DNA of 63,977 bases, filler included, from Reticulomyxa filosa (GCA_000512085.1; 17 parts of 17 records of this genome joined end to end with filler, not necessarily neighbours in it); one strand, 5' to 3'; positions 37,862-51,987 are shown, counted from the whole stretch's first letter. Translations and numbers: made by a program. Notes: generated by a model not told the origin, from the sequence alone.

Positions 37862-37961
37862 NNNNNNNNNNNNNNNNNNNNNNNNNNNNNNNNNNNNNNN
37901 NNNNNTTAATTAATTAANNNNNNNNNNNNNNNNNNNNNNNNNNNNNNNNNNNNNNNNNNNN

Positions 37962-40900
37962 TCTATCCAAGGTTGGAGTTGCTCTTTTAAGTCCATCTTT
38001 TTTTTAATCTTTTTTTTCACATCATTTACGATCGATTGTCGTTCTTCATCACTGAGTCGTGGAAATAAATACTTCATTTCATTCTCTAAGCATTCCATTA
38101 TATGATCTGTTTCATTTGACCTGGCAATGGACATCCACTCCAAATCTTTGTATTTGATGGTTCCATTTTGGAGATCCTATGCAATTTGATATGTGCAATA
38201 GTAATATACACATCACATTATCTATTTTAAAGAGAGATAAACCTGCTTAAAATCTTCCCACTTTTTATTTGAATCTTGAAACATTCTGTTGAAAATGAAA
38301 AAAGATTGCTGATTTGTGACTGATTGCTCTGTCTTTTTCCTTTCCCAGATTTTACGGAAAATTGAACTATCACGCTGAGCCAATACAATCTCCATACATT
38401 TCTCTTGTTCTTCCAATATTTGGAGTTCTTGGGCATAACGATTTTTAGTTTCAACAAATTTCTGCATTTTCCAATTATTGCTTTCTTTTTTGAGTTCTTT
38501 TAGTCGAAGGGACAAATCATCTTCGATCAAAAAATCATTGTATACTTGCTTGAACGTGCCAATCAACTTTGAAAATTGTTGATATTTGTTCACCATTTCC
38601 TCCAATTTTTTTATCAGTTCCGTCGATTTTGTTAAATAAGAAAGTTCTTTGATCTTGTTCAAATGTGTAGCCAAATATTTGTAAACATGAATGGGAAGCA
38701 GATTTTCGTTTGTTAAATTGGTCAATAATTTATTAAAAAAAGTAAATAATGATTTTTGCATTGGATTGTCTTGTTTAAACCATAATCGACATTTAAAGCA
38801 ATAGTCCAAATTCAAACATAGCTTTTCACTTTCTGGCTCTACATTTTCTTCATTTAACTTTTCCACTTTTGGAAAATCCTTTTCCATTGTACAAATCACT
38901 TTCTCAAACAATTCTGACTTTTTGTCTGCACAATCTTGAATCATTTTAATTTGATCATCTGTCCACTTATCATTGTCCATCCGCAATTCGTGATATCGAT
39001 CATCCAAAATCTCCATGAAATTTGAATGATATAACTTAGCCTTTTGAAACGTAGAAGAACATAGCAACTCAATGACTTTGGAGTGAAATGGCTGTTTATC
39101 ATCTAAGTACTCCTCTTCTCTTACATTTAACCAGTCTTTGAAGGATGATTGGAGTATCTGCAAAACAGGATTCACAGGATTAATGTCAGGATTTGCCAAT
39201 AACTCAATCAAATATTTGCGATTTGTTTCATTTTTAAAAAGTTGCTCCAAAATACGAGCGGTCAGTGATACGCTTTCATTACTTACATTTGCGGATGTAT
39301 CCTGTACACAAAAAAATTTTGAATTTGTGAAAATAAATAAAAAATGAAGTATTTATGTATGTATATGTATGCTTGGAAAATTACGAAACGGCCCATATCA
39401 ATTTCACCATTACAGCCAATCCTTCACCTTCTATTTTATCATAAAAGGGATCAATTGTCTTTGTTATGCTATTTCTATCTTTCCATCTGTTTATTACGAC
39501 CAAATCACCAATTTGTTTTTTTTTTTCTTCCCAAAACAAAAAAAAGAAAATATACTAACATGCATGTTTGCCTCCGTATGAACTCTAGGAATTTATAAAT
39601 GATAACAGGTGATACCATAACCAATGGCTGAAATTCTGTCGATTGAAAGCCTTGCAATAATTTGTTGGCAATTTCCACAAAATTGACTACACACTGTTGC
39701 AACTTTGCAATGAATGTATCCCACTCTTCAAATTGTACTTTGAAGAACGATTGAAATAAAGGCCAGCATTTTTTGGATTTCCACAATTTCTTCCATGGAT
39801 TTGAGTCTGCCGTTTTATCGTAATTGTTGTAATCAAGCAACAATTGCAGAGTTAATTGCATCAGCTGATTGTGAGGTGACAATAACTTAATCAAATAATC
39901 TTCAATCCAAACGATTGGGTGAAATGTCCTGTTCTTTCGCAATGTCAGATCAAATGTGAGAACCTCGATCAATTCATTCTCGTTAATAGATTGCACTTTA
40001 CTGCTTTGAAAATCAAATCTTTGGAAAAATTTATTGAAAGATATAATAAGTTGTTGCCAATTTGACAATGCCAAGTAATTGACACATGGAATCAATCGCA
40101 ACCTATCAATGAGAGTGGAAGAGACTTCATATCTAGCACTGTTCGAAACGACAGAATCGAGATCGGATCGGATGCTTTGAATAAAAGGCGACGGGAATTG
40201 ATCTGCTGATTTATCTTTGGCAAGAGTTCTTACAATGATGAACAATTGTTTTGAAGATAAGCATTGTTTTATATCCCATTCACTCCAAATATTGCGCACA
40301 AATAGTATTTGATACACCTGTTTTGTATATACGTATTGTTTTATCATTCCATCCAATTCCAATCAACACGATAAAAAAAAAACATACCTGTTTGGAACTT
40401 GCATTTGATTGGTCCAAATTTGGAGTATTATCGTTAAGTACATTTTCAATGTCTTGTGATTTCGACAGACGAAGTTGTGTTTTTAAATTATTGAAAACAG
40501 TCAAAGCAAAACAAAATGATGGCTCATCCTCAATTCCACAAGCCAAGTGTTTCAATATCCTTGCACTTTTTTCATTGGATTCCAACTGCACTGATTGTTC
40601 TTCCACAATAATTGCCTGAGAAGACGCTGGAACAGTTGCATTTGTGGTTTGTTTAACTTGATCAAATATGTTGAAAGATAAATCGGAATTAGAAGCGACG
40701 TAAAAGTCTCTCCAATATAACCAGGGAGTGTCTTTGTTTACCAGTTTCAATGGATATCTTTGATCAGCTTTTTTTTTTTTGTTTTTGTTTTAATTGTTTA
40801 TTGTATACGCTGTTGTTCAATAAAAAGAGGGAATACCTTCAGGTATATTAAGAAAGAAAACGGTTCGAACGCGACCATGTTCAGGTTTTGGACAACACAA

Positions 40901-41647
40901 ATATATTCGGAGTCGCTTCGCTTGTTGGCTGTAATCTTGCGAGATAATCCAAATCACGTCGTTCGACGCTGTTTTTTGTTCTTCCAAATGTGAAAAGCCT
41001 TCACCCGGCTTCAATTCATCTTTCTCCGTGTCATGATCTTCTTGAGGTTCTTGTTTCACTGGTGGCTGTGGAACAATTACACTATTTTCAATATATTTCA
41101 TACATTTTATCCAATATAATGCAGTTTTGTTAGTGTCCCCTCTGACTCTGTTTTTTTGATTAAAAAAAAAAAAAAAAAATGTGTGATCAATACACAATCT
41201 GTTGCGAACAACAAATTTTGTGCATATTCTTGTCTATGTTAACAATATGCCAAACAACATCTTCCTTTTTCTACTGTTGTTAGAGCCACATCAAACAAAC
41301 AAAAAAGTATGCATTGTAGTAAAAAATGTAGGCGCGACTTTTGACCTGGGGACTGGATCGACTTTAATCCCAAAATTTTTATCCAGTAGCTCTTCGCCTT
41401 CTTCTTTTCGAATTGTATTTACTATTTTCAACAATCTTCTCTTTTGAATGGGAGTCAATGTTACCTGCTCAAATATACTTTTCCAATCTTCTGGTTCTAT
41501 AAATGCCATGTCCTCCCTTTTTTTTAGTCCTAATGTTTGATATAAAAATACAATCTTTGACGCTTGTCCATCGTCTATATCGACTTCGTTCTTTAAGAGT
41601 AGGCATAACTGTTCTATTTTATCTTTTTCTTCTTTACTTTCTGTCAT
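37962..41647 (-). CDS. Large multi-exon protein: N-terminal SAM-like domain + helical region resembling RNF213 (mysterin) N-terminal part; truncated
   Basis: SAM-like LGLKKREDMAFIEPEDW..LTPIQKRRLLK; later DSSIFRKIW and KWEDFKQ|DLQNGTIKYKDLEW; ORFs linked by GT-AG introns. Confidence 0.6.
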
Positions 41648-41937
41648 GGCGACAACCAAGAAAGTCCGCTGTTTCCGCAAAAATAACTGTAATCAACAAC
41701 AAGATGTCCAAGGCAAACACTTAATATTAAGCTGAAGACAATTTTGTCATTAACGGACCAAACTGAAATTATTTCGTCTTGTAGAAACAAAAAAAACACG
41801 ACATATGAACAGTGTTTATAAAGGTACTGCTTTTCCAATGTATCAAGTTATTTTCAATAACATTTTGAAATTATGGTAAATTATTAATATCAAAATTTGA
41901 TTACATATTTATTTTGTATTTCATTTTTATTATAGGA

Positions 41938-42411
41938 ATGCAGTGCGATTGGTGGTAATGGATATACCATTTGTTCTGGATCGTATGATAAAACCATTCG
42001 GATATGGGATATCGAAACTGCCGAAGAACTTATAATAATACAGATACAATATTATTTGAATCAGAAGATAAAGTGTTCGTTTGTGGGATATTCTGTCTGT
42101 TGGACCAAGTCAAGTATTCAATGGACATAAATACACCTATATATGTTGAATATTCACTGTTTGTAGTAAATATCAGTAAAATTGGTCTTAATTCAAGTGT
42201 AATATGTCTTGTGCTGTGGGATAATACAATTTAATTTTGGGATATTCAATTAAACAAAAAGGAATTATTTATGATCAAATGATATGACAAAGAAGATGAA
42301 GGAATTATATTACTCAAATTTTTACTTTGCAAAAGAGAGAAAACATCAGAATGATTATGTATTCAATTTGTGTTATGATGCAAAAAATGATCACATTTGT
42401 ATTTGGGGATA
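41938..42411 (+). pseudogene. WD40 family pseudogene fragment
   Basis: IGGNGYTICSGSYDKTIRIWDIET, WDNTI*FWDI, ICIWG* with frameshifts; similar to 7498-8595. Confidence 0.8.
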
Positions 42412-45249
42412 GTAATCTTCAACAAGGAATTGAGTCCTTAAATGAAAAAAAACATGCCTTAAAAAATTTTTGAAATTTGTTTGAACGCTTGTAACTCTTA
42501 CGGTTCAACACAAAATCATTTTTGTACATTCGCTATTTTACAAAAAAGAAAGAGCTCGTGTATATAAAAACACAAATCTTGAACTTTCGTGTCTCCTTGT
42601 GATATATCCACTTGATTGAAGTACGTAACTCTCTTAAAAGCATATTATCAATATTTTGTAATATTTGTTATGTTTGAACGTTGTATCTAAAAATTTGATA
42701 AACCAAATCAATAACATTTCTCTTCCAACAATCTTATTTAAGTCAAATGATTGTACACGAGTATAGATCAACACATAGTCTTAATGAAAAGGCACTAAAC
42801 AAATGTAAAAATATAAGAGAAATAGGACAATCGATCTTCAAGAGAGATAACGCAAAGACTTTTTTGTTTATGCTGTGTCATGGATAGCATTTAATAAATG
42901 CTCAAAGTCAATAATTCTACTCTTGTCAAGTTACTATTTCTTTGTATATTGACTTGACAAAACTGATCTTTGTCTTTAGAGTTAAATATTTTGCAATTCC
43001 TTTTTCAAGTTTTTTTCCTATTTTCTTCCTTGATCTTATTTTGGTTATGCAAAGACGAGCATTATGGAAATACGAGATTTTTGTTTTAGCATGTTGTACA
43101 TTTCAAATAGTTTTGGATTTTCAACTTCTGTGAAAAGAATCACATATGGTGTGATAACTTTTTATAAAATGCACAGTAATGATATTTACTTTTGCCTTAA
43201 AAAAAAGAAATAGATAAATAGTAACTTAAATCTCAATTTTCATGATTAATTAAAGATATTTCGTTTTTCTAAACTTCTAAAGATATTTTTGCAAAAAATA
43301 AAAATATCAATAATTTTTCATCACAGAAACATCAAGTTTTTTTTTTCTCAAAAAAAAACTTGTTAAAACTTTTTTTGGAGTTGACAAGAGTTTTTTTATG
43401 TGTTATTTTATGAAAGAGTAAGGACAGAAGAGCTAAAAAAAAATTTCACGGTAGGCAATGACACTATCGTTTCATGCAGGATTACTATTGAAATTTGATA
43501 TTCATCGAGTATGTTGACAAAATATTTATTTAACTTGAGTTTTGTTGAAGAAAAATTATTAACTTTTTTATGTTCAAACATTCATAACAAGTTGTTTCAC
43601 AGTTGTTGTTTGTTTCATGTTTTCGTATTTAACAAAGTAGCTCGTCCGGTTTTGTGATTTATTTACAAGAAAATTCAATCTTTGTTGTAACATCAGAAAC
43701 AGAAATGGTTTTTTCTGTTGTTCGTTACTTTCATTTTTTTTTAAAAAGGACTTACGTTAATTTTAGAAAAATCTCATAAACGAAATGTTGGATTATTCTA
43801 TTTAGAAAGGATATAATGTGGATTATATTGCAAATAAAAAACAATCACTGAAAACTCAATTTAAATTTTATGGACTATATAACGCTTTGTTTTTTAGATA
43901 AAACATCGATTTGTCTTATGATATCACCATGAACATCCTTTTTTTTTGCATTATAAATCGAAAATACAGTAGATTGCAAAAAAAACTGCAATGCCTAAAT
44001 GGCACTATATGAAGAGAATCATTTTCTCCACGAAAAAAAAAGATTTAAATTTAATTTTAAAAAAAATATCTACTAATATTGTAGTTTTTAAATATTCAAT
44101 TGGTTTTATAATAAGTTTTTTATAGGTTGATAAAAAATATGATTTTTTGAAATGATTTTTAAAAATTTCGAAGGAGTTCATATAAATTGAACCTGTATTG
44201 AAAATAAGAAATTTTTAAATCTTTTTGTTTTCATTTTAGGAATCTTCAAGTCACGTAGATACTTTTTAAAAAAAAGATTAGCCTTGTATCTTTCGTAGTT
44301 TTTAACAAAATTTTAAAATATATAATCAAGTCAAAGTATTCATTTAAAAACATATTACATGATNNNNNNNNNNNNNNNNNNNNNNNNNNNNNNNNNNNNN
44401 NNNNNNNTTAATTAATTAANNNNNNNNNNNNNNNNNNNNNNNNNNNNNNNNNNNNNNNNNNNNGGAGCTCGCTTCTCAAGGATTCCTTCTTCAATGCACT
44501 CCTTTGCAAAATTGCAACAGTTGCCGACAAAGAAAGAATAGAGTCAGTGAAACCGAAAATATCTAAAATAACAACATCATTCGAAAAAAAGGTGTTGTCA
44601 TCGCGGCCCAAAAAATACTTTTGTTTATTGTAGCTCTCCTAATATTGGCAACATTCAGGTTGACACTGTGTATCTTTACAGTCAAGAGAAGATATCAATT
44701 TTTTTGTTGTTTGTTCCGAAAGTGTGTAATACATGAAATTGTTAATAAATAAAAAATCAGATATTCGATCATACCCTTTTAAAAATCAAAAATAAATTTT
44801 ATAATACTACCATTTGTTCATCGATCGAAATTGATGATTTATAATAGTTACATTGTAGCAAAGAGACACTACAAACCGGTCCCTTCTATCTTTTCAAACA
44901 AATTTGTGAACAAAGCCACATTGAATCAAATCGCAAAAGGCTATTTCACCATTCACAACCGTCGACTCGCCAACTTTAACGACGTCACACCTGTAGACAA
45001 CAATGGTGTGAACCGGCAATCAAGTACAAAATCGTACAAGAACTCGATATGATTACACATACTACTCAGCTCATAATTATGTCGTTGAATTAACTAACAA
45101 TAGAAAAGGTATTTTTTCAAATATACTTACATATTATGTGTATATAATTTACATATACACATGCCTTTTTCCACTTTTTAATTTGTTGAATTGTATATCA
45201 ATTTTTGACAGCTTAAAAAAAAACAAAACGATCTGTTGATTTTTTGCAG

Positions 45250-45320
45250 GTGTGATCAAATACATTGGGAAAGTCCATTTTGGGGGAAGACGGCAGGTTC
45301 GGCAATTGGACGAACTCAAA
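45250..45320 (+). pseudogene. CAP-Gly domain remnant exon
   Basis: After an acceptor ttttgcag: GVIKYIGKVHFGG...QLDE (cf. G.VRYIG...FA.G.W.G.ELDE). Confidence 0.45.
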
Positions 45321-45576
45321 AGTTTTTTTAATTAATGCTTGATTAGTATATATATTTTTAATTGTACATATTTACCATTTGAAAAATGAATAAATATAAT
45401 AATTCTAATTTTTTGATAAACTTTTAACAAGCTTCGATTTGAAAAATTATTTAATTGGCTTTTTGCTCTAAGTTATTATCGAATTTTTCATTTTGAGATA
45501 TTGAGCATTGAGTTGGTAAATAATAAAAAAAAAATTGATATCTCTTTTCACAACTAAAAATAAGATTGAAAAAAGA

Positions 45577-46150
45577 TCACATTTCTACTGCAAAACGAAC
45601 AAAAAATAGTTCTTTTTGTTCATCGATTGAAGTCGATGATTCACACAACGGATGTGTAGAATGTTGCGGCATGATTACTCTGCGTATTCGTTTACTGAAA
45701 TTACACAGACTCTGGTGTAAGGTGAATGAAGTAAAAACCACAATATCACCAGTCCTTGGTATCAATTGTTGCATCTATAATTTGTGATTAGTTTTGTGTT
45801 TAAGGGTTAGATACAAAAAAAAAAGATACGATGACAATAAAAGTAACTTGGTACCATCGAAAAGCAGAGTCCGTTGAATTAAAGGGTTTCACAATGTATT
45901 GTTAATTCAGCAAATACATTTTTTTTTTGCTTTGGTCAGTCGGTATAATATTGATTTCATCCATTCACCTGTGTCATATTGTTATCGAATATATTTGTAG
46001 CATGGCCTCATTATGTTCTTGAGTGATAACAAACAGTATCGAAAAATGTTACCGATAAGGAAGTCCGAAACAGCAGGCTTTTCCGAAAGTTTGGAGTCAG
46101 GAAAATCTGATGTGATAAGTTGAGTCCTTGCAGTTGTGTACTCCGAACTT
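45577..46150 (-). pseudogene. Phytanoyl-CoA dioxygenase (PhyH) family pseudogene
   Basis: QLIPRTGDIVVFTSFTLHQSLCNFSKRIRR..PQHS (GD.V.F....H.S..N.S...RR); disrupted upstream *HR and NGLCFSMVP segments. Confidence 0.6.
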
Positions 46151-46255
46151 TTATANNNNNNNNNNNNNNNNNNNNNNNNNNNNNNNNNNNNNNNNNNNNT
46201 TAATTAATTAANNNNNNNNNNNNNNNNNNNNNNNNNNNNNNNNNNNNNNNNNNNN

Positions 46256-46310
46256 TTACTACTACTACTACTGCTACTACTACCACTTCTACTTCTTCTA
46301 CCACTACCAA
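46256..46310. repeat. (ACT/TAC)n microsatellite
   Basis: tactactactactactgctactaccacttctact. Confidence 0.8.
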
Positions 46311-47206
46311 TTCACAACAGCAGTCCACTCAACCTCCCTCCAGTCATGGACACAAAAAGAGCAAAAGCACTGACTCCACAAATCGTTGGTTTACTTTTCG
46401 ACTCATGCGAAATCAAAACCAAAGCCAAAACCAAAACCAAAATCAAACAACTGCAATCTCTTCCAAAAAGCCTCATCCGTTTGTTCATATGCATACATAT
46501 ACACATATGTACATATATGTGTCAATAAAAATGTTGGACTTGTAATGTAAACAGAGCCATGTCGGCAATACCAGGGTCTCAACAAACTCAGAATCAGACG
46601 GAGCCAGTGATAGCGCCAACGGATCAAACTAACTCGGATTTGCCGGTATTGTTGGGGAAGCATTCCACTACTGATTCCGTGTGTGATGTTTACATGAACG
46701 ACGGATACGACAGACGTTCGACTTTTGTAGTGAAGGAAGAAGAAGTGATAGAAGAAAGGAAGGACGAAGAAGAGGAGGCAGAAGAATTTGTCCACGTTGA
46801 CAACGACCCCGACTTGCAAACGCGCAATGTGAGTATGGGAGAGTCTCCTCTTCATTCAAGACTTGTGAATGCATTTGCAGAGTCGAATGATGGTCCAATG
46901 GCGTATGTACAAGGAGATGCTTTGATTGAGGTCAAACATAGTGAAGAGGGGCAACACGTCCTTTCCAATTCCGAAATAAACACCTTTCAATGCTCTTCGC
47001 CCACTGCAAACGCTTGCATTCAAAATCAGTTGGACAATAGCAGCGTGACAAACATAGTGGCGTCTGTCGTTTTAACCAACAGTCACTGTGATGGTGCTTC
47101 CAAAGACACTTTCGATGATTGTTCTGTGGCAATTTCTACACAAACTCAGATGGATAATTCCGTTCATGACCGTGACAGTTCTGGTGATCTTGAGTCAATC
47201 GATTGA
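46256..47206 (+). CDS. 3' end of an acidic low-complexity hypothetical protein
   Basis: 215-aa open frame 46559-47206 preceded by an intron-like stretch. Confidence 0.55.
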
Positions 47207-48349
47207 TTCGTTTTGCACACCACACACAAATAGACAAACACTTTTTTTTAAAAAAATAACAATACTTTTTTGTTTTGTGTATTTGTTCTGAAGATTTCTT
47301 GTGCTTTCGAAGTTGTTTGAGGTTCACAGGTTATTAAAAAAAACAGCAATGAGCTTTTCAATAAATGTTGTGAATGTGTATGTGCGTGTGTCTCATTGTG
47401 TCATTTTTTTTTTAGTCCCAAGTTGGGTTGTGGTTGTCATTGTGTGTACCAAAGTAACGTCCGTAATATAAATCAATTATAGTTAAGGTGCTTTTTTCCA
47501 TTTTGTTTTGCAAAGTGTTCCTCTGCAACAAACTGTAATTGATTGTCATTGAAATCATCGTAGTCTCAAAATAAAATTATAACACTTTTCTATTCCAAAT
47601 TTGTATTTTTTCGACAAAATTTTTTTTGTCTCTTGGGAAGAGGCCCTTGTTGCAATGCAACAATTTACTTTTCAAAGAGTATATATAAATATATGTTGAC
47701 TATTTTTCTTGTGTATTGGCAACAATATTAATCCTTGCTCACTGCATTTGACAACAATTGCTTTAGACAATTGCGAATACAAAATATTTTAGTGGTGGAT
47801 GCGCTTTCACCAACTTGTGCATTCTGGCGAGGTGCAGCTTTACCAAACAAACGCAACACATCCGCCGCTGAACAACAAATTATTGTCACTGTTACAAGGC
47901 CTTTCGGCCTGGACGATCATATTCGATACTTCATATTTTGCTATAAACAACACGAAAAGTGGTTCAAAATGATAAAATGGGAGTTCGTGCTAACATCATA
48001 AAATATCTGTTGATCTGAAAATATCTTCAACATAATAAATAACTGACAAATGTGATAAAACCAAATTTTCACGAAATTTTGAGTATATAATAAACTGAAA
48101 ACATATTGTTATCCAGAAAAGCAACAGAGTTTAAGACAATAAGACGCACAAATAAATAAAAATGTAAAAATGTGATATCTAGAACAAATGAAAGTTTCTA
48201 AAAGTGACAAAATTTGAAAAAAAATAATAAGTTCATAATCATTTTCAACTTGACTGAAAAAGTTGTTTTTTGAACTAGAAACAATCACAAACAATAGTTT
48301 TACTTCAATATCTACCAAGATTTGAAGTTCGTTTTGAAAGATTAATGTT

Positions 48350-49250
48350 AGTTTCTAGTTGGAACATAATAGAAAATTTCGAAGAATTTCTTAAGATCAA
48401 TAAAAGCAATGATAAGTTGAAGAACATTTATTTATAAATTTGTTTGTGTATTTTCAAACCAAGTGAAAAATAAATACTTACAATAAATTGCAGAACACTT
48501 CAATCCAATAACCAAAGAACAAAAAGTAAAGCATTATGTTCAATATTGAAAAGATTAATTGGAGAAGTTCAAGTAAGAAATATTAAATGTATAAAAAATA
48601 TATGTTTATTATTGAAGAATATGGCAACATGTGAATATAATCAAGAAGTTGTTGAAACATTTGAAAAAGAACTTGGATATGTAGTAAAATGATTTATGAA
48701 CTTGACAATTGTGAAAGTGATATTTGCAAAAACATATTATGTTTAAAGAGCAATCAATGAAAAGACTATATCTATTTGCTTTAATGAAGCAAAATATGAA
48801 TCTTTTACAAGTATTGACATAGTCCAAGATCAAGTTTCATTAGATGCAGAAAGTGTTTCAAATTGAATCATTTTGCAAAAGATTATAATGATTCAAAAAT
48901 ATGCAAGTATTGTGAAAAAGAAATCAAAAATCAAAAAATTGTCATAATGTAAGAAATACAAGATTTCAGAAATGTGTGTTATGCATTCAAGTAATTCAAT
49001 ATTATGTACTGTGATTTAAAAACAAGAAACTCAATATAAATGAAATTATATTGAAAATAAAGAAAATAGTTTAGCATAATGAACAAGTTAAAGTGATCAA
49101 AAATCCAAAAGAGAAATTCAAAGTTCAGAATCACAATAATATTATGATGCAAGTGAACAAGAATAATGAAAACAGAAATAGTAGTCAAAATAAAGACAAA
49201 TATTGTGGTGAAAGTCTATATAATGCAGTTTTAAGTGTTAAAGGAACAGT
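48350..49250 (+). pseudogene. Heavily decayed coding remnant, possibly a protein kinase
   Basis: MHSSNSIMYCDLKTRN near 48980-49030 resembles H...I.HRDLK..N; many stops. Confidence 0.3.
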
Positions 49251-49956
49251 TGGCCCCTTGTGTGTTAAAACTTTCTTCAAACACAACTTGCTTTCGTCTT
49301 GTTATTTTTTACTCGTTTTCCTTATTGTAGTGTAATTATTTGTTGTTAATTTAATCCTTTTTACTGAAATTGACTTTTGGAACTAAATTTCTTTCGTATT
49401 ACACTTAGTCCAATTAAGTATCCCTGCAATATGATGAAACAAGAAAATTGAAATATGAAATTGCAGCAACATTGAAGTAATTATAGTCTATGCTTCAAAT
49501 AATATCACTATCGCAAATCTTTTGATAAAATTTGTTTCAAAAAAACAGGTGAATTATATGTTTGTATTTTTTTGGTTTGTATTATTTAGTGTAATGTCAT
49601 ATTTTGGACAATGTGCTTTTTCAACTTGCTTTTGTTTACACAATGCGATGAGTTCTTTTTTGAATAAAAAAATGATAATTTGTGCACAAATTATTTATTT
49701 TTTGTTTGTTTCGTTGTTAATTGAAAGGTTAATAGATAATCGGGTTGATTTTTTTCTTGATGTTCCATAGGAACTTAAAAATTTTCAAATTTTGTTTAAA
49801 ATTTGAATTAAATAAATGGGTACAAAAACAAAAAGGTGTAAAATTTTTAAACAAACACAACCAAAAACGCAAATAATTTTATAATATGGGAATTTTCCCA
49901 AACATTTTTCTTTTAAATGGGATTAGAGGGGTGCAAATATTGGTTTTATAAAAACT

Positions 49957-50338
49957 TTATACTTCCATTTCATCTTCTTCAACTCCATTTTGCAAGGATT
50001 CTGCACCTACTTCTTCGTAATCCTTTTCCAAAGCAGCCAAATCTTCTCTGGCTTCACTGAATTCTCCTTCTTCCATGCCTTCACCAACATACCAATGCAC
50101 AAAAGCTCGTTTTGCATACATAATATCGAATTTATGATCAATTCGACTAAATACTTCAGCAATAGCGGTACTATTGGCAATCATACAAACAGCTCGTTGA
50201 ACTTTGGCTAAATCGCCTCCAGGAACAACTGTTGGTGGTTGATAATTAATTCCTACTTTAAATCCAGTTGGACACCAATCAACAAATTGAATTGTTCGTT
50301 TCGTTTTAATTGCACCAACTGCTGCATTAACATCTTTT
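49957..50338 (-). CDS. TUBA: Alpha-tubulin, 3' part
   Basis: [54 protein letters not shown]. Confidence 0.98.
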
Positions 50339-50539
50339 NNNNNNNNNNNNNNNNNNNNNNNNNNNNNNNNNNNNNNNNNNNNTTAATTAATTAANNNNNN
50401 NNNNNNNNNNNNNNNNNNNNNNNNNNNNNNNNNNNNNNTTAATCTAGTGCTCGTTTGCTTAGCTCGAAATATATTTAGTCGAGACAGAAATGCAACACAT
50501 TGCAATCAAGCAAAAATTCATTTTTAAAATCTCAGTGAA

Positions 50540-51800
50540 ATTGGGCATGGCCAGTTGGCAATTTGATATTCTAAGCTTGTGGAGTTTTTTCAGTGTCTGG
50601 ATAATAGGTATCAATTAAGTGGACGGCATGCCACAAGGCTCTGTTTAGGTAAAAGATTTTGATGTTTAGGTAAAAGATTTTGATGTTTAAGAGGAAAAAG
50701 CCTGTTTTTTTTTGTTTTGTTTAACTCTTTGTCAATTCTGGAGAAATCAAATATCATGTATTCTTCTAATACATTTGCATCATTTGCAACAGTACGCTGT
50801 TCAAATCCAAGAGCTACTAAACAGTCTAACCCGCCAGTTAAATCCACAAAGGATTGTTTGATTTTGGGATTGGCCAACCGTAGTTTTCCAAACTTTTCTT
50901 GGTCGCTCAATGTTTCTGCTGATATGACTTTGTTTTTGTTACAATACACAGTTAAGTTTTTGATGATGACTTTTCCCATATTTTTATTGTTATCAATTGT
51001 CATTATTTTTATTTTAATTAAAAAAAAAAAGTTGATGTATAGTGCAAATCGAGTATGAGTGTTTGTTTGTATTGATAACAAACTGTTAGTGATAATTTTG
51101 ACTAAAAGTTTCGCAGTGGCCGGCACTTGAGTGTGTGAGTTGCAATTTTGCAAATTTCGAAGAGCCTGTTCAACTTGTGCTTTGCGTTCCTATATACATA
51201 TAAATCCCAAAAAAATTTGTGCCATTAGATTTTTTTTTTAATTTTATGTGCAGCAACGTATACTCATAAAACTCAAAAAAAAAAAAGGGATAAACTTGAG
51301 GAGTATCTGCACCTTGAACAGGACGCAACAAGGGTTGGGTAGCATTATTGTCTTTCAACAAATCCCCATGGATCAACATGGCCGTACGTTCCTTGCGTTC
51401 TTGGGACGCGACACTAGAACCTTTTGCTTTCATGCGATTGAATGCTGATTCGGCGGCTTTGCCCGAGGCCATGACAATGTCACTTTCGGTTAGATTGCTG
51501 CTGGACGTATCTTCCGTGGCAATGCTTGTCGTTTGACTGACATTGGCATTGGGTGTCAACTCCTTTTCTTTCAAACCGTCACCGAATAGCAAATCCTTGG
51601 TTTTCGCTCTTCTCTCCTCGGTGCTTACTTGTTTGGGTTTCTTTTGCTTCATTGCCAATCTTTGCTCCGCGGCAATCGCCTCGCGAGTGCCGGGCTCAAC
51701 CAAATACACACTTTTGTTTAGTTGTGACTCACTGTCGTTGGGGCTATTTTCGCTTTCCGTCTTTTTCGTTGTGTCTGTATTTGGATTCACATTTTTCTGA
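50540..51800 (-). CDS. PUB-domain protein (p97/VCP-binding), multi-exon, partial
   Basis: TAKLLVKIITN, KFGKLRLANPKIKQ..VDLTGGLDCLVALGF. Confidence 0.75.
50642..50690. repeat. 21-bp tandem duplication (tgtttaggtaaaagattttga, about 2.3 copies)
   Basis: Direct repeat seen in the sequence. Confidence 0.85.
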
Positions 51801-51947
51801 TTTTTCTTTTCCTCCCCCTTTTTTTTTTTTTTTTTTTTTTNNNNNNNNNNNNNNNNNNNNNNNNNNNNNNNNNNNNNNNNNNNNTTAATTAATTAANNNN
51901 NNNNNNNNNNNNNNNNNNNNNNNNNNNNNNNNNNNNNNNNAAAATGG

Positions 51948-51984
<37 letters not shown>

Positions 51985-51987
<3 letters not shown>

